Source: a bacterium (GTDB lineage: Bacteria > Hinthialibacterota > Hinthialibacteria > Hinthialibacterales > Hinthialibacteraceae). From it: DNA of 64,000 bases. Shown piece after piece: positions 31,289 to 41,477 of this stretch; position 1 is the stretch's first letter, and every line of letters starts with the position of its first letter. The stretch covers positions 1,376,001 to 1,440,000 of the forward strand of contig CAXXMV010000006.1 in assembly GCA_963662285.2 (NCBI GenBank), in the 5' to 3' direction. The position numbers and the translations under genes are program-made. Below the pieces are notes generated by a model that searched no databases, was not told the origin of the DNA, and worked only from the letters and a program-made list of their open reading frames with translations.

Positions 31289-33478
31289 CTAAAGATCGGG
31301 CAGGGGATCGTCCAGACGCATGGATAGCGCGATGCGCTTTCGTTGTATATCGATTTTGATCACTTTAACCTGTACCACATCGCCGGTTTTGATAATGCTG
31401 CGGGGGTCTTTGACGAATTTATTGGCCATGGCCGAAATATGCACCAAGCCATCCTGGTGAACACCGATATCGACGAACGCGCCAAAATTAGTGACATTAG
31501 TTGCTACGCCTTCCAGGATCATGCCGGGCTGCAAATCTTTAATCTCTTCAACTCCGTCTTGAAAAGAGGCGGTTTTGAATTCTGGACGGGGATCGCGGCC
31601 GGGCTTCTCCAACTCAGCCATAATGTCTTTCACCGTTGGCAATCCATACTTGTCGTCCACAAATTTTTCCGGAGATAGCGATTGAATGAAACTGCAATCT
31701 CCAATAAGGGATTTGATTTCGCGTTGCGTTTCTTTGAGAATACGCTCCACCACCGGGTAGGCTTCCGGATGGACGGCGGAACGGTCGAGTGGATTGGCGC
31801 CATTCATGATGCGTAAAAAGCCAGCCGCTTGCTCGAACTTTTTAGGTCCCAGGCGCGGAACTTTCAGAAATTCTTTACGGTTATTGAAAGGCCCGTTCTC
31901 ATCCCGGTGGCTTACTATGCTTTGAGCCAGTCCCTCATTCAAACCTGCGACTCTCGACAAGAGAGACGCCGAGGCTGTATTGACGTCCACGCCAACTGCA
32001 TTGACGCAGTCTTCTACCACCGAATCCAAGGTTCGCGCCAATTGAGATTGACTGATGTCGTGTTGGTATTGTCCAACGCCGATTGATTTGGGATCAATTT
32101 TAACCAATTCAGCTAACGGGTCTTGCAGCCTCCGGGCGATTGATACAGCCCCGCGAATGGATACGTCTAGATCGGGAAATTCACGGGCGGCCAGTTCGGA
32201 TGCGGAATAAACCGAGGCGCCCGCTTCGGAAACCACCAATTTTTTCAAGTTCAAGTCGGGATGTGATTTGATGATTTCGGTTGCAAGTCGATCCGTTTCG
32301 CGAGATGCTGTTCCATTACCGATACTGATCAGTTCAACGTTATGCTTACGTGAAAGCTCGACCAGCGTATCAATAGATTCAGCCCATTTATTGCGCGGCG
32401 CGTGAGGGTATATCGTCGTCTGATCCACCAATTTCCCGGTATCGTCAACCACCGCAACTTTGACGCCCGTACGTAAGCCGGGATCCAAACCGAGAGTGGG
32501 ACGTGGTCCAGCGGGTGCAGCCAATAAAAGGTCTCGCAGGTTATCTGCAAAAACTTTGATGGCCTCTTCTTCGGCGTTTTGCCAAAGACGCATTCTTAAA
32601 TCAACATCGAGATGGGTGAAGATTTTAACGCGCCACGCCCAACGAACAGTCTCTTGCAGCCAATGGTCGGCGGGGCGTTCTTTATTTTGAATATGAAAAT
32701 GTTGGGCGATGGTTTGTTGATAGAGGTCGGCATCCTGGCTTTTGGTCTCTTCTTCTGCACCGGTTTGCAATGTTAACCTGAGGAATCCTTCGTTAGCGCC
32801 GCGAAATAAAGCGAGGGCGCGATGTGAAGGAATCTTTTTGATCTCTTCCTGATATGCAAAATAGTCGGAAAACTTGGCGCCTTCCTGTTCATTACCCTCA
32901 AGAACTTCAGATTTAAGCAAGGCGTTGATCCAAAGCGTTTCGCGCAAACGGCCAATCAGTTCGGCGTCTTCGGCGAATTCTTCCATCAAGATTTGGCGTG
33001 CGCCTTCCAACGCGGACGCGGCGTCATCGATTTTATTATCGGGATTGATATAAGTCTCGGCAAACTCTTCCGGAACCAAATTAGGATTAGATAGCAATTC
33101 ATGAGCCAGCGGTTCCAATCCGGCTTCGCGGGCGATTTGCGCTTTGGTTCTGCGTTTGGGTTTATATGGTAAATACAAATCTTCCAATCGGGTTTTGGTA
33201 TCAGCGGCCTGAATGGATGCTTCGAGTTCGGGCGTGAGTTTATCCTGCTCAGTTATGCTTTTAAGAATCACTCCCTTGCGTTCTTCTAATTCACGTAAAT
33301 AGCGCAGACGCTCTTCCAGCAGACGCAACTGGTTATCTTCTAAAGCGCCAGTGGCTTCTTTTCTGTAACGCGCAATAAATGGAACAGTCGAGCCTTCATC
33401 CAACAATTTGACTGCGGCTAAAACTTGTTGCTCCTCAACAGCCAATTCATTCGTAAGACTTGTGATAATGCTATTCAT
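31289..33478 (-). CDS. tex: transcription accessory protein Tex
   Basis: [50 protein letters not shown]-terminal S1 domain. Confidence 0.97.
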   Translation of the reverse strand: MNSIITSLTNELAVEEQQVLAAVKLLDEGSTVPFIARYRKEATGALEDNQLRLLEERLRYLRELEERKGVILKSITEQDKLTPELEASIQAADTKTRLEDLYLPYKPKRRTKAQIAREAGLEPLAHELLSNPNLVPEEFAETYINPDNKIDDAASALEGARQILMEEFAEDAELIGRLRETLWINALLKSEVLEGNEQEGAKFSDYFAYQEEIKKIPSHRALALFRGANEGFLRLTLQTGAEEETKSQDADLYQQTIAQHFHIQNKERPADHWLQETVRWAWRVKIFTHLDVDLRMRLWQNAEEEAIKVFADNLRDLLLAAPAGPRPTLGLDPGLRTGVKVAVVDDTGKLVDQTTIYPHAPRNKWAESIDTLVELSRKHNVELISIGNGTASRETDRLATEIIKSHPDLNLKKLVVSEAGASVYSASELAAREFPDLDVSIRGAVSIARRLQDPLAELVKIDPKSIGVGQYQHDISQSQLARTLDSVVEDCVNAVGVDVNTASASLLSRVAGLNEGLAQSIVSHRDENGPFNNRKEFLKVPRLGPKKFEQAAGFLRIMNGANPLDRSAVHPEAYPVVERILKETQREIKSLIGDCSFIQSLSPEKFVDDKYGLPTVKDIMAELEKPGRDPRPEFKTASFQDGVEEIKDLQPGMILEGVATNVTNFGAFVDIGVHQDGLVHISAMANKFVKDPRSIIKTGDVVQVKVIKIDIQRKRIALSMRLDDPLPDL

Positions 33479-33787
33479 TTATAGTAACTTTCCTATTATT
33501 TAGCAATGACAATTAATTTTTTTGTGTAAATAGAATCGCTCTATTACCACTATATCTAAAGCGATTTTATGCAGAAGATATCGTATCCGAAAAATGATTT
33601 TGGATAAGTACTTTGAAGCGAATATCATTTTTGATTCTAATTTCTGTTTTCCGATTATCCTATGAGACGTATTTGTTATTGTCATTCATTATAATCATGT
33701 AGACTTTCACATGATTTTTATTGATAATAGATGATATCCGTCGAAGATATATTTTTTTGACGATTCATCATCAAAGGAAAGAAAAAT

Positions 33788-36700
33788 ATGAACAGGAATT
33801 ATTCATTCATTATCTGCATAATAATTATTTGTTTTATTATAAATTTCTCGTTTGCCGCATCTCCCTATAACCTGCGAATATGGAAATCTTCCGACGGATT
33901 GGGTGAGACAAACTGCAATTGGATTTCAATAGATGACCTGGGCAATGTTCTTACCACTCACGGCCCGGTTGCTTCAATGAGTTATATAACGGGATACGAG
34001 GTTCAGAGTATACCTATCGAAAGGCATCTTGAATTTCGGTATAGTATCTTATATGGCAATAAAATCTGGGTAAATAAACCTTCGTCAGAAATTGGAGTAT
34101 ACGATTTATCAACCAAAGAATGGAAAATCAGTAAGTACAATGGACCTCACTTGTTTAACAATATGACCATGGCGCCCATTTCCAGCGATTCTGTGATCTT
34201 GTTATCAACTGATATCATAAGAAGGTTTGATATTTCAACCAATAAAACAACAATTATTCTCCATGCCTCTCAATCTGTTATCGCTCCTTTTCTTCACACG
34301 ATTCCATCAGAGGACGGCGAAATATTGATTACAGGGCAGGGCGGTCTGGCTAAACTCAGGTTTGAATATAGCAATGTTTCACAACCTCCATTGATAACGA
34401 ATTTTCCCTTCAATAAAGAAAGCGGCCTTAAAAATCTTACATATCCATTATCGGGTAATGGTAACTCAGTGTTTGGTAGAGCATATATTCAAGGAGGAAC
34501 AAAAGCACTAGTTTTTTTGCAAGGAAAACAATGGAAGGTTCTACATGAATCCCCGGAATTCGGTCGGGGAGGGGGGATTAATGATAATGACTATTGGTTT
34601 TATGATTATAATCGTAAGTTGAATTTATATCATTTGAATCACTATAAACTTGGAATAGTGACTACAGCCGATCAAGAAATTCCAGGAAATTTAGATTTCA
34701 AGGTTGATGAAGATGAGTCTCTTTGGGTCGCAACTTTTCGTGGAGTGAAGAGGTATTCAAAGCATACTTGGAATGTTCCAAAAGACTTGGACAAAAGTAG
34801 TCTTTTTCTTGTTTCTATCTTAGAAGATGAAAGAGGAATTATATGGTTTTTGAATCAGAATTTTTTAATTCAGTATAATAACGGTTCTTGGAAAGAACAC
34901 AGGTTACCTAAAGATTTCTTACATTCACAATATGCCACGCAAAATCTGGGATCAACACAGACTGGAAAAATTGTTATTGGTGGATTACCCAATACCTTAT
35001 TTTTTGATCCCGCTTCAGAGCAATTTGAATATTCTCAGATATCACAAAAAGGTATTTCAATAATAAACACGCAAGATAATGGCGATATATTCTCGCATGT
35101 TATTACGGAACGTTGGAAAAACTATTCGTTATGCATATTATCAGGAGATGAGTTTGAGCCAATATTAGAATTAAAAGATAAATGGAATATCGGTGAACTA
35201 CGGTATGTTTATCAAGACCGTGATAATAATCTGTGGATTGGAGGCATGGGCGATCAAAGGTTAGCTTTATATAAAGAGGGCAAATATCAGACATTTGGCG
35301 ATCAGTATCCATCAGATTCTGCTATGTGCATCCTTCAACTTGATAACAGTAAAATGTGGTTTTCAAGTAGAAAAGATCTGGTTGAATACGATGGAAATGA
35401 GTTTTATGTAATACGTAAAGGCGTTGATTCAATCTCATCCATGATCAAAAGCAAAAAAGACGGCAGCGTGTGGCTTGCCTCGTGGAATGGTTTATACCGT
35501 TATCACGATGGCGCATGGATTACATATACTAAGGAAGACGGATTACCTTCTTCTGGAATTATGAAAGTGTTTGAAGATAGCAACGGTAGGATATGGGTGG
35601 GTACGCAGGAAGGGAGAATTGCATATTATGATCCCAGTGCTGATCCTGATCCTCCCAAAGCCATTTTGCATCCCGAAGAGAATGTGTCAGAAATATCACC
35701 TGGCGGCGAAGCGCGTTTTGTATATTCAGGTATTGATAAATGGAAATACGTGCAAGCCGGGCGCTTGTTATATTCCCATCGTATTGATGATGGAGAATGG
35801 TCTAAATTCTCTCAATCCACGCTTGCCTCATATGAAGGACTGCACTCCGGCGCCCATCATTTTCAGGTTCGCGCTATGGATATACATCTAAACGTTTCCA
35901 CAGACACCGAGACATTTGATTTTGTAGTATTAAAACACTGGTATATGGAACCAATGTTCTTATGCATCATATCAATTTCCAGCCTTCTAACATTGATTTT
36001 TCTTGGCTATGCCATAAATCGCCATCTTAAGATAAACCATTACGCCCATAATCTAGAATCAACTAACAACCAATTGAATGAAGCAAACTTAGATCTACAA
36101 GAAGCCAATGCTCAATTAATCCAGCTGGATCAAATGAAAACGCAATTCGTCTCCCAGGCCTCACACGATCTGCGTACTCCCCTGACCGCCATAAAAGGCA
36201 GTCTTGATAATCTTCTTATGGGGATAGCCGGCGTCCTAAACGAAAAGCAAGCCAAGATCATGACCCGTGCAACAACATCAGTAGATCGTTTGACAAATCT
36301 CATCAATGACGTTCTCGATCTCAACCGTATAGAAACAGGTCGAATTATTTTAGAAAAAACCGATATTCCATTTAAAGCGTTAGTGGAGAACATTGTTAAT
36401 GAAAATCTCCCCGCCGCTGAGCAAAAGAGGATTCAATTAAATTTTGATGCAACCGACGGAGATTTCATGCTTAGCATTGATGGTAGTAAAATTGAGCGAG
36501 TAGTAGGTGAACTGATTAGTAATGCGATTAAATACACTCCTGAGAATGGAACAGTAGATATCGATCTCAAACAGAATGATCAAAAAATCACCTTATCTGT
36601 TAAAGACTCCGGCATCGGTATGACTAATGAAGAATGCAGTAAAATCTGGGAACGTTTTTACCGGACTTCTGCTTCTCAGAAATTCGCCAAGGGATCGGGT

Positions 36701-36805
36701 CTTGGGCTTTCTATTGCCAAGGAGTTAGTAGAATTGCATGAGGGGACGCTTTCCGTGGAGAGTGAACCGGGATATGGTACAACATTTTTACTGGAATTAT
36801 CTTAA
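33788..36805 (+). CDS. sensor histidine kinase with periplasmic beta-propeller (Reg_prop) and Y_Y_Y domain
   Basis: Signal; EDSNGRIWVGT-type blades; YSHRIDDGEWS..Y.GL..G.H.FQVRA; TM; ASHDLRTPL; NAIKYT, DSGIG, GSGLGL. Confidence 0.9.
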   Translation: MNRNYSFIICIIIICFIINFSFAASPYNLRIWKSSDGLGETNCNWISIDDLGNVLTTHGPVASMSYITGYEVQSIPIERHLEFRYSILYGNKIWVNKPSSEIGVYDLSTKEWKISKYNGPHLFNNMTMAPISSDSVILLSTDIIRRFDISTNKTTIILHASQSVIAPFLHTIPSEDGEILITGQGGLAKLRFEYSNVSQPPLITNFPFNKESGLKNLTYPLSGNGNSVFGRAYIQGGTKALVFLQGKQWKVLHESPEFGRGGGINDNDYWFYDYNRKLNLYHLNHYKLGIVTTADQEIPGNLDFKVDEDESLWVATFRGVKRYSKHTWNVPKDLDKSSLFLVSILEDERGIIWFLNQNFLIQYNNGSWKEHRLPKDFLHSQYATQNLGSTQTGKIVIGGLPNTLFFDPASEQFEYSQISQKGISIINTQDNGDIFSHVITERWKNYSLCILSGDEFEPILELKDKWNIGELRYVYQDRDNNLWIGGMGDQRLALYKEGKYQTFGDQYPSDSAMCILQLDNSKMWFSSRKDLVEYDGNEFYVIRKGVDSISSMIKSKKDGSVWLASWNGLYRYHDGAWITYTKEDGLPSSGIMKVFEDSNGRIWVGTQEGRIAYYDPSADPDPPKAILHPEENVSEISPGGEARFVYSGIDKWKYVQAGRLLYSHRIDDGEWSKFSQSTLASYEGLHSGAHHFQVRAMDIHLNVSTDTETFDFVVLKHWYMEPMFLCIISISSLLTLIFLGYAINRHLKINHYAHNLESTNNQLNEANLDLQEANAQLIQLDQMKTQFVSQASHDLRTPLTAIKGSLDNLLMGIAGVLNEKQAKIMTRATTSVDRLTNLINDVLDLNRIETGRIILEKTDIPFKALVENIVNENLPAAEQKRIQLNFDATDGDFMLSIDGSKIERVVGELISNAIKYTPENGTVDIDLKQNDQKITLSVKDSGIGMTNEECSKIWERFYRTSASQKFAKGSGLGLSIAKELVELHEGTLSVESEPGYGTTFLLELS

Positions 36806-36912
36806 TAGAAATAATGAAACTGAGTTTAGAGCGATTATCGAAATTATGTTTCGATCTAACGATGGAGAATCTATAGGAGCCTTTACGAGGCCCATACATG
36901 CGGTTATGTGAG

Positions 36913-36947
36913 AGTGATAAGGTAGAATTGATTCCTACCTTATCACT
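36913..36947. terminator. terminator hairpin between convergent genes
   Basis: agtgataaggtag...ctaccttatcact 13-bp stem. Confidence 0.75.
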
Positions 36948-36979
36948 ACTCGATTGTTCGTGGATGACAATACTACCGA

Positions 36980-39430
36980 TTAATACAACATGAAGTCATC
37001 GATTGCTGTAACTGGTTCAAGGTCTGCCGGGTTTTGATCCAGGTTGTTGGTTAGCATTACCCAATCAACCATAGAGCCATCTTCACGGATATGGATGCGG
37101 AAGGTATGAACGCCCGCAGTCAGGTCCCAGGAGAGGTCCATATTGCCATCGACTCCTACCCAACCGGTATGAAATTCATCATCATAAATTCGGACGCCTA
37201 GTTCGTCCAATTCTATATAGCCTTCAAAACGGTAGCCAATGGTAACGGTCTGAATATCGTCATCCATTCCCACATAGAAGGAATCGTCGACGCCGCTGGG
37301 GGTGCGGGTCCGGGCGATAGCTCGGTAAGTTCCCGGTTCGGTTATTTCAAAGACGAAATCCAACTCGTCCATTGTAATCGAACTGCCTCCACCCCGTTCA
37401 GCATAGGCGTATAATTCCTGACTGGCGCCGGGAGCGAAGCGAATCGAGAATGGCAGTGATGCATCATTTGATGTGAACAGGTAAGCATCCTCCGCTTCAA
37501 TCATGGCCTCGCCATTGACCAGTTTAACCGCAACGGGAGAGTCAACATTCACATTCTGGAAAGAAAATGATTTAGCAATCACATCCTCGCCGGGTAATGG
37601 AATTGGATTGTAATAAAAATATGTTCCTTCAAACAAACCACCTATGATATCATCACCGGGCGCTGTGACCGAATAGGTCAATGTTTGAGAACCCGCTACT
37701 CCAGTCAATGACCATTCGACCTGTCCTTGATCATTTATTGCCGCAGAGCCTGCTGAAGCATTCAAGTTGCTGATAGGCCAGCCTGCCGGGGGGGTATCAG
37801 TAACAGACATCTCTGAACTGAATGATCCACTGGCTGGACGTGAAATTGTTACTTCGTAGGTTTTACCAGTTTGATATTCTGTATCGTCTATTTCCCGAGT
37901 GATAAAAAATTCGGTCTCTTCATCGAAATTTGCAATGTCTAGATTTGGATTGTTAGTAATGCAAAGCCAATCAATAGACGCGCTGTCTTCGCGGTTGGCT
38001 AAATAGAGATAATGATCACCGGCTTCTAACTGAAAAGACCTGGGATCCGCCGCAGGATCTGAACTGCTGACCCATTCGTTGGCGAAATTTTTCTTCATAC
38101 TCACAGACCAATAGGACGAATTATCTCCAGCAGGATAATCATCGATCTCGAAATGGAACGAATCGCTGTTGCCATCTTCAGAGCGGACGTGGCCAAACAG
38201 ATAGTACGTTCCAGATTCTTGAATAGAGATTGGAATCTCTAAGATAGATTGCGCAGAAGAAGTCATCGCAACTACTGAGATGCCTTCTGATGTTTTAAGG
38301 TCAAGCATCAAGCCGAAATCGGTTTCCGCTCCCAACCAATATCCTTGTTCTACTTGAACGATGGTTGGAAATGATGGATCAATGAACAGTGGTTGTTCGA
38401 GAGGCGTGAATTCAGGCGCCTGTGGAAGAAGGGCTTGGCCGCCGATGAAACTGTCGCGGTTCTCTCCATCGTTAAAAATTCCCCGCCATGCCGCTGAACT
38501 ATTTTGACCAAGAACCACGTCGTAGGTCAAGGTTGCTTCACCATCAAAGTCTGTCAGCACCCAATCAATGGCGCCATCGCCATTCACAGTTGCCTCGCCA
38601 GCTGATGACTGGATGTTTGATGCTCTGGCGCCCATCGGCATGATTTCATTAATAGTTGCTATAGCGACCTGCGAGCGGGCTTTGGCGGTTAAGGTTACGT
38701 TGGTAAGAGTGGCGCCTTTTTCTAATGAATCGGTTGGCAGAGCGCGCATAACGTTTAAGGGTAATTCAATTATTTGTACATCAGTAAATTCAAAATAGGC
38801 TATTTCATTAGTATTTTCCGTCGTTGCAGCTAATCCGGCAAGAACGGTTTCATCAAAAGCCGCCGCTTCACTTTGAAGCCATAGCCATTCACCTGCGGTA
38901 TTCTTGGTATAGAAATGGACGCTGTTGCCTATGCGTTCCAAGCGGATTGGTCCTGTATGCTCATCGGTGAAGCCGCCAGGTTGATCAAATGGATCGCCAT
39001 CCCTGATTGATCCGCCGCCCTTAAGCGTACGGAAGGTTGGAAATACCGAGCCGAGATCAGAGTTTCCATCTGACTCCGGTCCGCTGCTCATTAATAGAGA
39101 GATATGGATTGAGTCTTGATCGAGAGACTGGCGGATCATTAATCCACCGCGTCCCATGTCATCAAAGGGCCAGGGTTTGGATTCGATAGCGAAACTGCCC
39201 GACATTTCCTTGAAGGCGAAATGGAACTCATCGGTAAAACTGCGGTTACCGATGGTAGCGCCCACTGCATCCACCAGGTATTGTCCTGATCCTGCATCGT
39301 ACTCCACCGTTCCGGGAATTCCGGGTTCGCCGATATCCAGATGATCATCAAAGATACCGATAGGTTCCTGTGCGATGGCGCAAGGCGTGATTATAAGCAG
39401 CGCCAGTAAAAAATAGATTTTTTGTTTCAT
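36980..39430 (-). CDS. secreted acidic modular protein (lectin-like N-domain plus two Ig-like/CBM-like modules) with C-terminal motif
   Basis: Sec signal; DIG..G..DEFHFA..GLMIR..LERIGN N-domain; duplicated W.LT...G..TLTY and DSF...G.H....RED...DW...TNN modules; ends VTAIDDFMLY. Confidence 0.7.
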   Translation of the reverse strand: MKQKIYFLLALLIITPCAIAQEPIGIFDDHLDIGEPGIPGTVEYDAGSGQYLVDAVGATIGNRSFTDEFHFAFKEMSGSFAIESKPWPFDDMGRGGLMIRQSLDQDSIHISLLMSSGPESDGNSDLGSVFPTFRTLKGGGSIRDGDPFDQPGGFTDEHTGPIRLERIGNSVHFYTKNTAGEWLWLQSEAAAFDETVLAGLAATTENTNEIAYFEFTDVQIIELPLNVMRALPTDSLEKGATLTNVTLTAKARSQVAIATINEIMPMGARASNIQSSAGEATVNGDGAIDWVLTDFDGEATLTYDVVLGQNSSAAWRGIFNDGENRDSFIGGQALLPQAPEFTPLEQPLFIDPSFPTIVQVEQGYWLGAETDFGLMLDLKTSEGISVVAMTSSAQSILEIPISIQESGTYYLFGHVRSEDGNSDSFHFEIDDYPAGDNSSYWSVSMKKNFANEWVSSSDPAADPRSFQLEAGDHYLYLANREDSASIDWLCITNNPNLDIANFDEETEFFITREIDDTEYQTGKTYEVTISRPASGSFSSEMSVTDTPPAGWPISNLNASAGSAAINDQGQVEWSLTGVAGSQTLTYSVTAPGDDIIGGLFEGTYFYYNPIPLPGEDVIAKSFSFQNVNVDSPVAVKLVNGEAMIEAEDAYLFTSNDASLPFSIRFAPGASQELYAYAERGGGSSITMDELDFVFEITEPGTYRAIARTRTPSGVDDSFYVGMDDDIQTVTIGYRFEGYIELDELGVRIYDDEFHTGWVGVDGNMDLSWDLTAGVHTFRIHIREDGSMVDWVMLTNNLDQNPADLEPVTAIDDFMLY

Positions 39431-39644
39431 GATTCTCCTCCAATTATTAGTTTAGATTCTGATGTCCCCGTAATACGTTAGAGATAACGATAATGTTGCT
39501 TTAATTTCTCAAATATCAGATGAATTATCTAGGGTAAAAATGGAGAAATCAACAATTTAGTATTGTAATTTACATTGTATATATTATTTTGTTTGAAATG
39601 ATATTAGTTTTTTAGGATAAAGCGATTGTGAAGAGTTAGAGTAA

Positions 39645-39680
39645 ATTCAAGGCCTTTGCTTTTGGCAAAGACCTTGAATT
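39645..39680 (-). terminator. hairpin between the two secreted-protein genes
   Basis: attcaaggcctttgc-tttt-ggcaaagaccttgaat imperfect stem. Confidence 0.45.
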
Positions 39681-39820
39681 ATTTGATAAGAAACAGAAAT
39701 TATGAATTAATGATTACCCGATTATCAAAAAAGTAATCTCAATTCAATAGTTATTTCATCTTTCATATTCACATAATTTCATTAATACTCTGACCAACTA
39801 ATTATGTCGGTCGACCTCGT

Positions 39821-39856
39821 CCCCTCTCCCGCCGGGAGAGGGCTAGGGTGAGGGGG
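39821..39856 (+). repeat. REP-like palindrome, family A (CCCTCTCCC-n-GGGAGAGGG-n-GGTGAGGG)
   Basis: cccctctcccgccgggagagggctagggtgaggggg; related copies at 43001, 47805, 47903, 56082 and 62293-62695. Confidence 0.75.
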
Positions 39857-39897
39857 AATTACAGAACACCACCTGACAAAAGAAAATGGTAGAACTA

Positions 39898-41289
39898 CTA
39901 ATAAATATCCCAGTCAACAACCCGGGTTGCTTCGCTGAGGATGCGGATGTTTCCCCAATAGGTCTCGTTGCTATAGGCGAATTCGTAACTCGCATAGAGC
40001 CATTCCTGAGCGCCTTGATAACCGGCTTCGTTTTCGCCGTCCGAGTCGTTGATTGAGATATCGAAGCCATAGGTCTGGTCTTGTTCGAGTTCCCGTGCGG
40101 CCATATCCACCATCGCTTCGACCTGCCAGCCGCTGTCATCGGCTTTGACCTTCGATTCAATGGTTAACCAATCAGCAAAGTCGCCTCCATTGCCTACGCC
40201 ATTATCGGCGCGAACCGATATCTGGTCTGAAGTATTAGGCGTTCGACTGTTATCGTGGTCAATGTAAATTTCGGTGCTGTCTTCTTCCCACCAGCTGGCG
40301 CTTTCGCCAATAAAGACGACATCATCAACCACATCAATGCTGATATACAGATTGGTTCCATCATTTTGGAGGTATACCGTCGCGTTTAAGTCTTCCTCTG
40401 TAGGCAATGCCCACTGTCCATAGAATTGCGCATGGACTCCTGGGCGTTCGGGTGATGAACCATCCCAGTACTGGCTGTTGGCGCCTGCAATTTCATCGGC
40501 GTTTATCACTCCGTCGAGGGTGATATTATTCGAGGTTAGCGGCGCATCAATAATCTCAATGCCGGATGCAATGGGCGAGGTGCAGAGTATGTCGTCGAAA
40601 TACCAGGTTTCCACTGATTCACCGTCAGTGATGGAACCGTCGCTCTGCACCCTTCCATCTACGATGTTGATATACCAAAGGTTGCCGCCGGATGGCAACA
40701 CAACGCTGGCTTCTTCGTCATTGATCAAAACTTTGGTTGTCGATCCATCATCGATAAACACAAAATGATTCCAGTCGTCCTCTTTGATGGCGGCCCCATC
40801 GGCGCCGCTGGGATTATCGCTGGAAACCACGCGGAAGTTGCTGCCGTTAAACGGCAGTTCAATACCGATAAACGAGTCATTGACCAAATCGGAACCCGGC
40901 TGCACCGAGAGATAAACCGTGTTGACCGAACCGTCCATTCCATAGCCGAATATATCGTAATACACCCACAGGCTGACCGTGCCTACTCCACCGGGCAGAA
41001 CGGTCGGATGATGAGCGCCGATATTACCCATTGAATCCAGACCGAAGACCATCGACTGATTGAGGTTTACTTCGTCTGCGGCGTCCGGCGTATGATTCCA
41101 GAATTCGCCTAGTTCAACGCTGGTCGTAAATCCGCTGGCGCGTCCCTGTTCTTCCCAATCGAACGGCGCCCATGAAACCGAGTCGGGAGCGCTGCCATAC
41201 CAGAAGAAATAAGTTTCATCCGCCATACATATTGTTGACATGATTACAAACAATGCGGCTATGGTGAGAATAGATAATCTTTTCATCAT
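39898..41289 (-). CDS. secreted LamG-like plus CBM9/DOMON-like sugar-binding protein with C-terminal motif
   Basis: Start MMKRL after AAGGAG; Sec signal; DDWNHF LamG-like; ITLDG..NLYI..V.DD..WEEDSTEIYID..W.VE..GFDI.IND.D CBM9 motifs; ends ATRVVDWDIY. Confidence 0.75.
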   Translation of the reverse strand: MMKRLSILTIAALFVIMSTICMADETYFFWYGSAPDSVSWAPFDWEEQGRASGFTTSVELGEFWNHTPDAADEVNLNQSMVFGLDSMGNIGAHHPTVLPGGVGTVSLWVYYDIFGYGMDGSVNTVYLSVQPGSDLVNDSFIGIELPFNGSNFRVVSSDNPSGADGAAIKEDDWNHFVFIDDGSTTKVLINDEEASVVLPSGGNLWYINIVDGRVQSDGSITDGESVETWYFDDILCTSPIASGIEIIDAPLTSNNITLDGVINADEIAGANSQYWDGSSPERPGVHAQFYGQWALPTEEDLNATVYLQNDGTNLYISIDVVDDVVFIGESASWWEEDSTEIYIDHDNSRTPNTSDQISVRADNGVGNGGDFADWLTIESKVKADDSGWQVEAMVDMAARELEQDQTYGFDISINDSDGENEAGYQGAQEWLYASYEFAYSNETYWGNIRILSEATRVVDWDIY

Positions 41290-41477
41290 GGCATCTCCTT
41301 GATCACCGGGATTATCCAATTGAAACGTAAATCTAAAAATAGTATCGATTCAATTAACCGAGTTTCTCATGAAGAATACGTTTTGTCAACAATATTTTTA
41401 TATAATCATAATTTCATCAATGGTTTTGGTGGATATTTAGGACGGTTTTTGAATATGTATTTGTACATAGTTAAATC

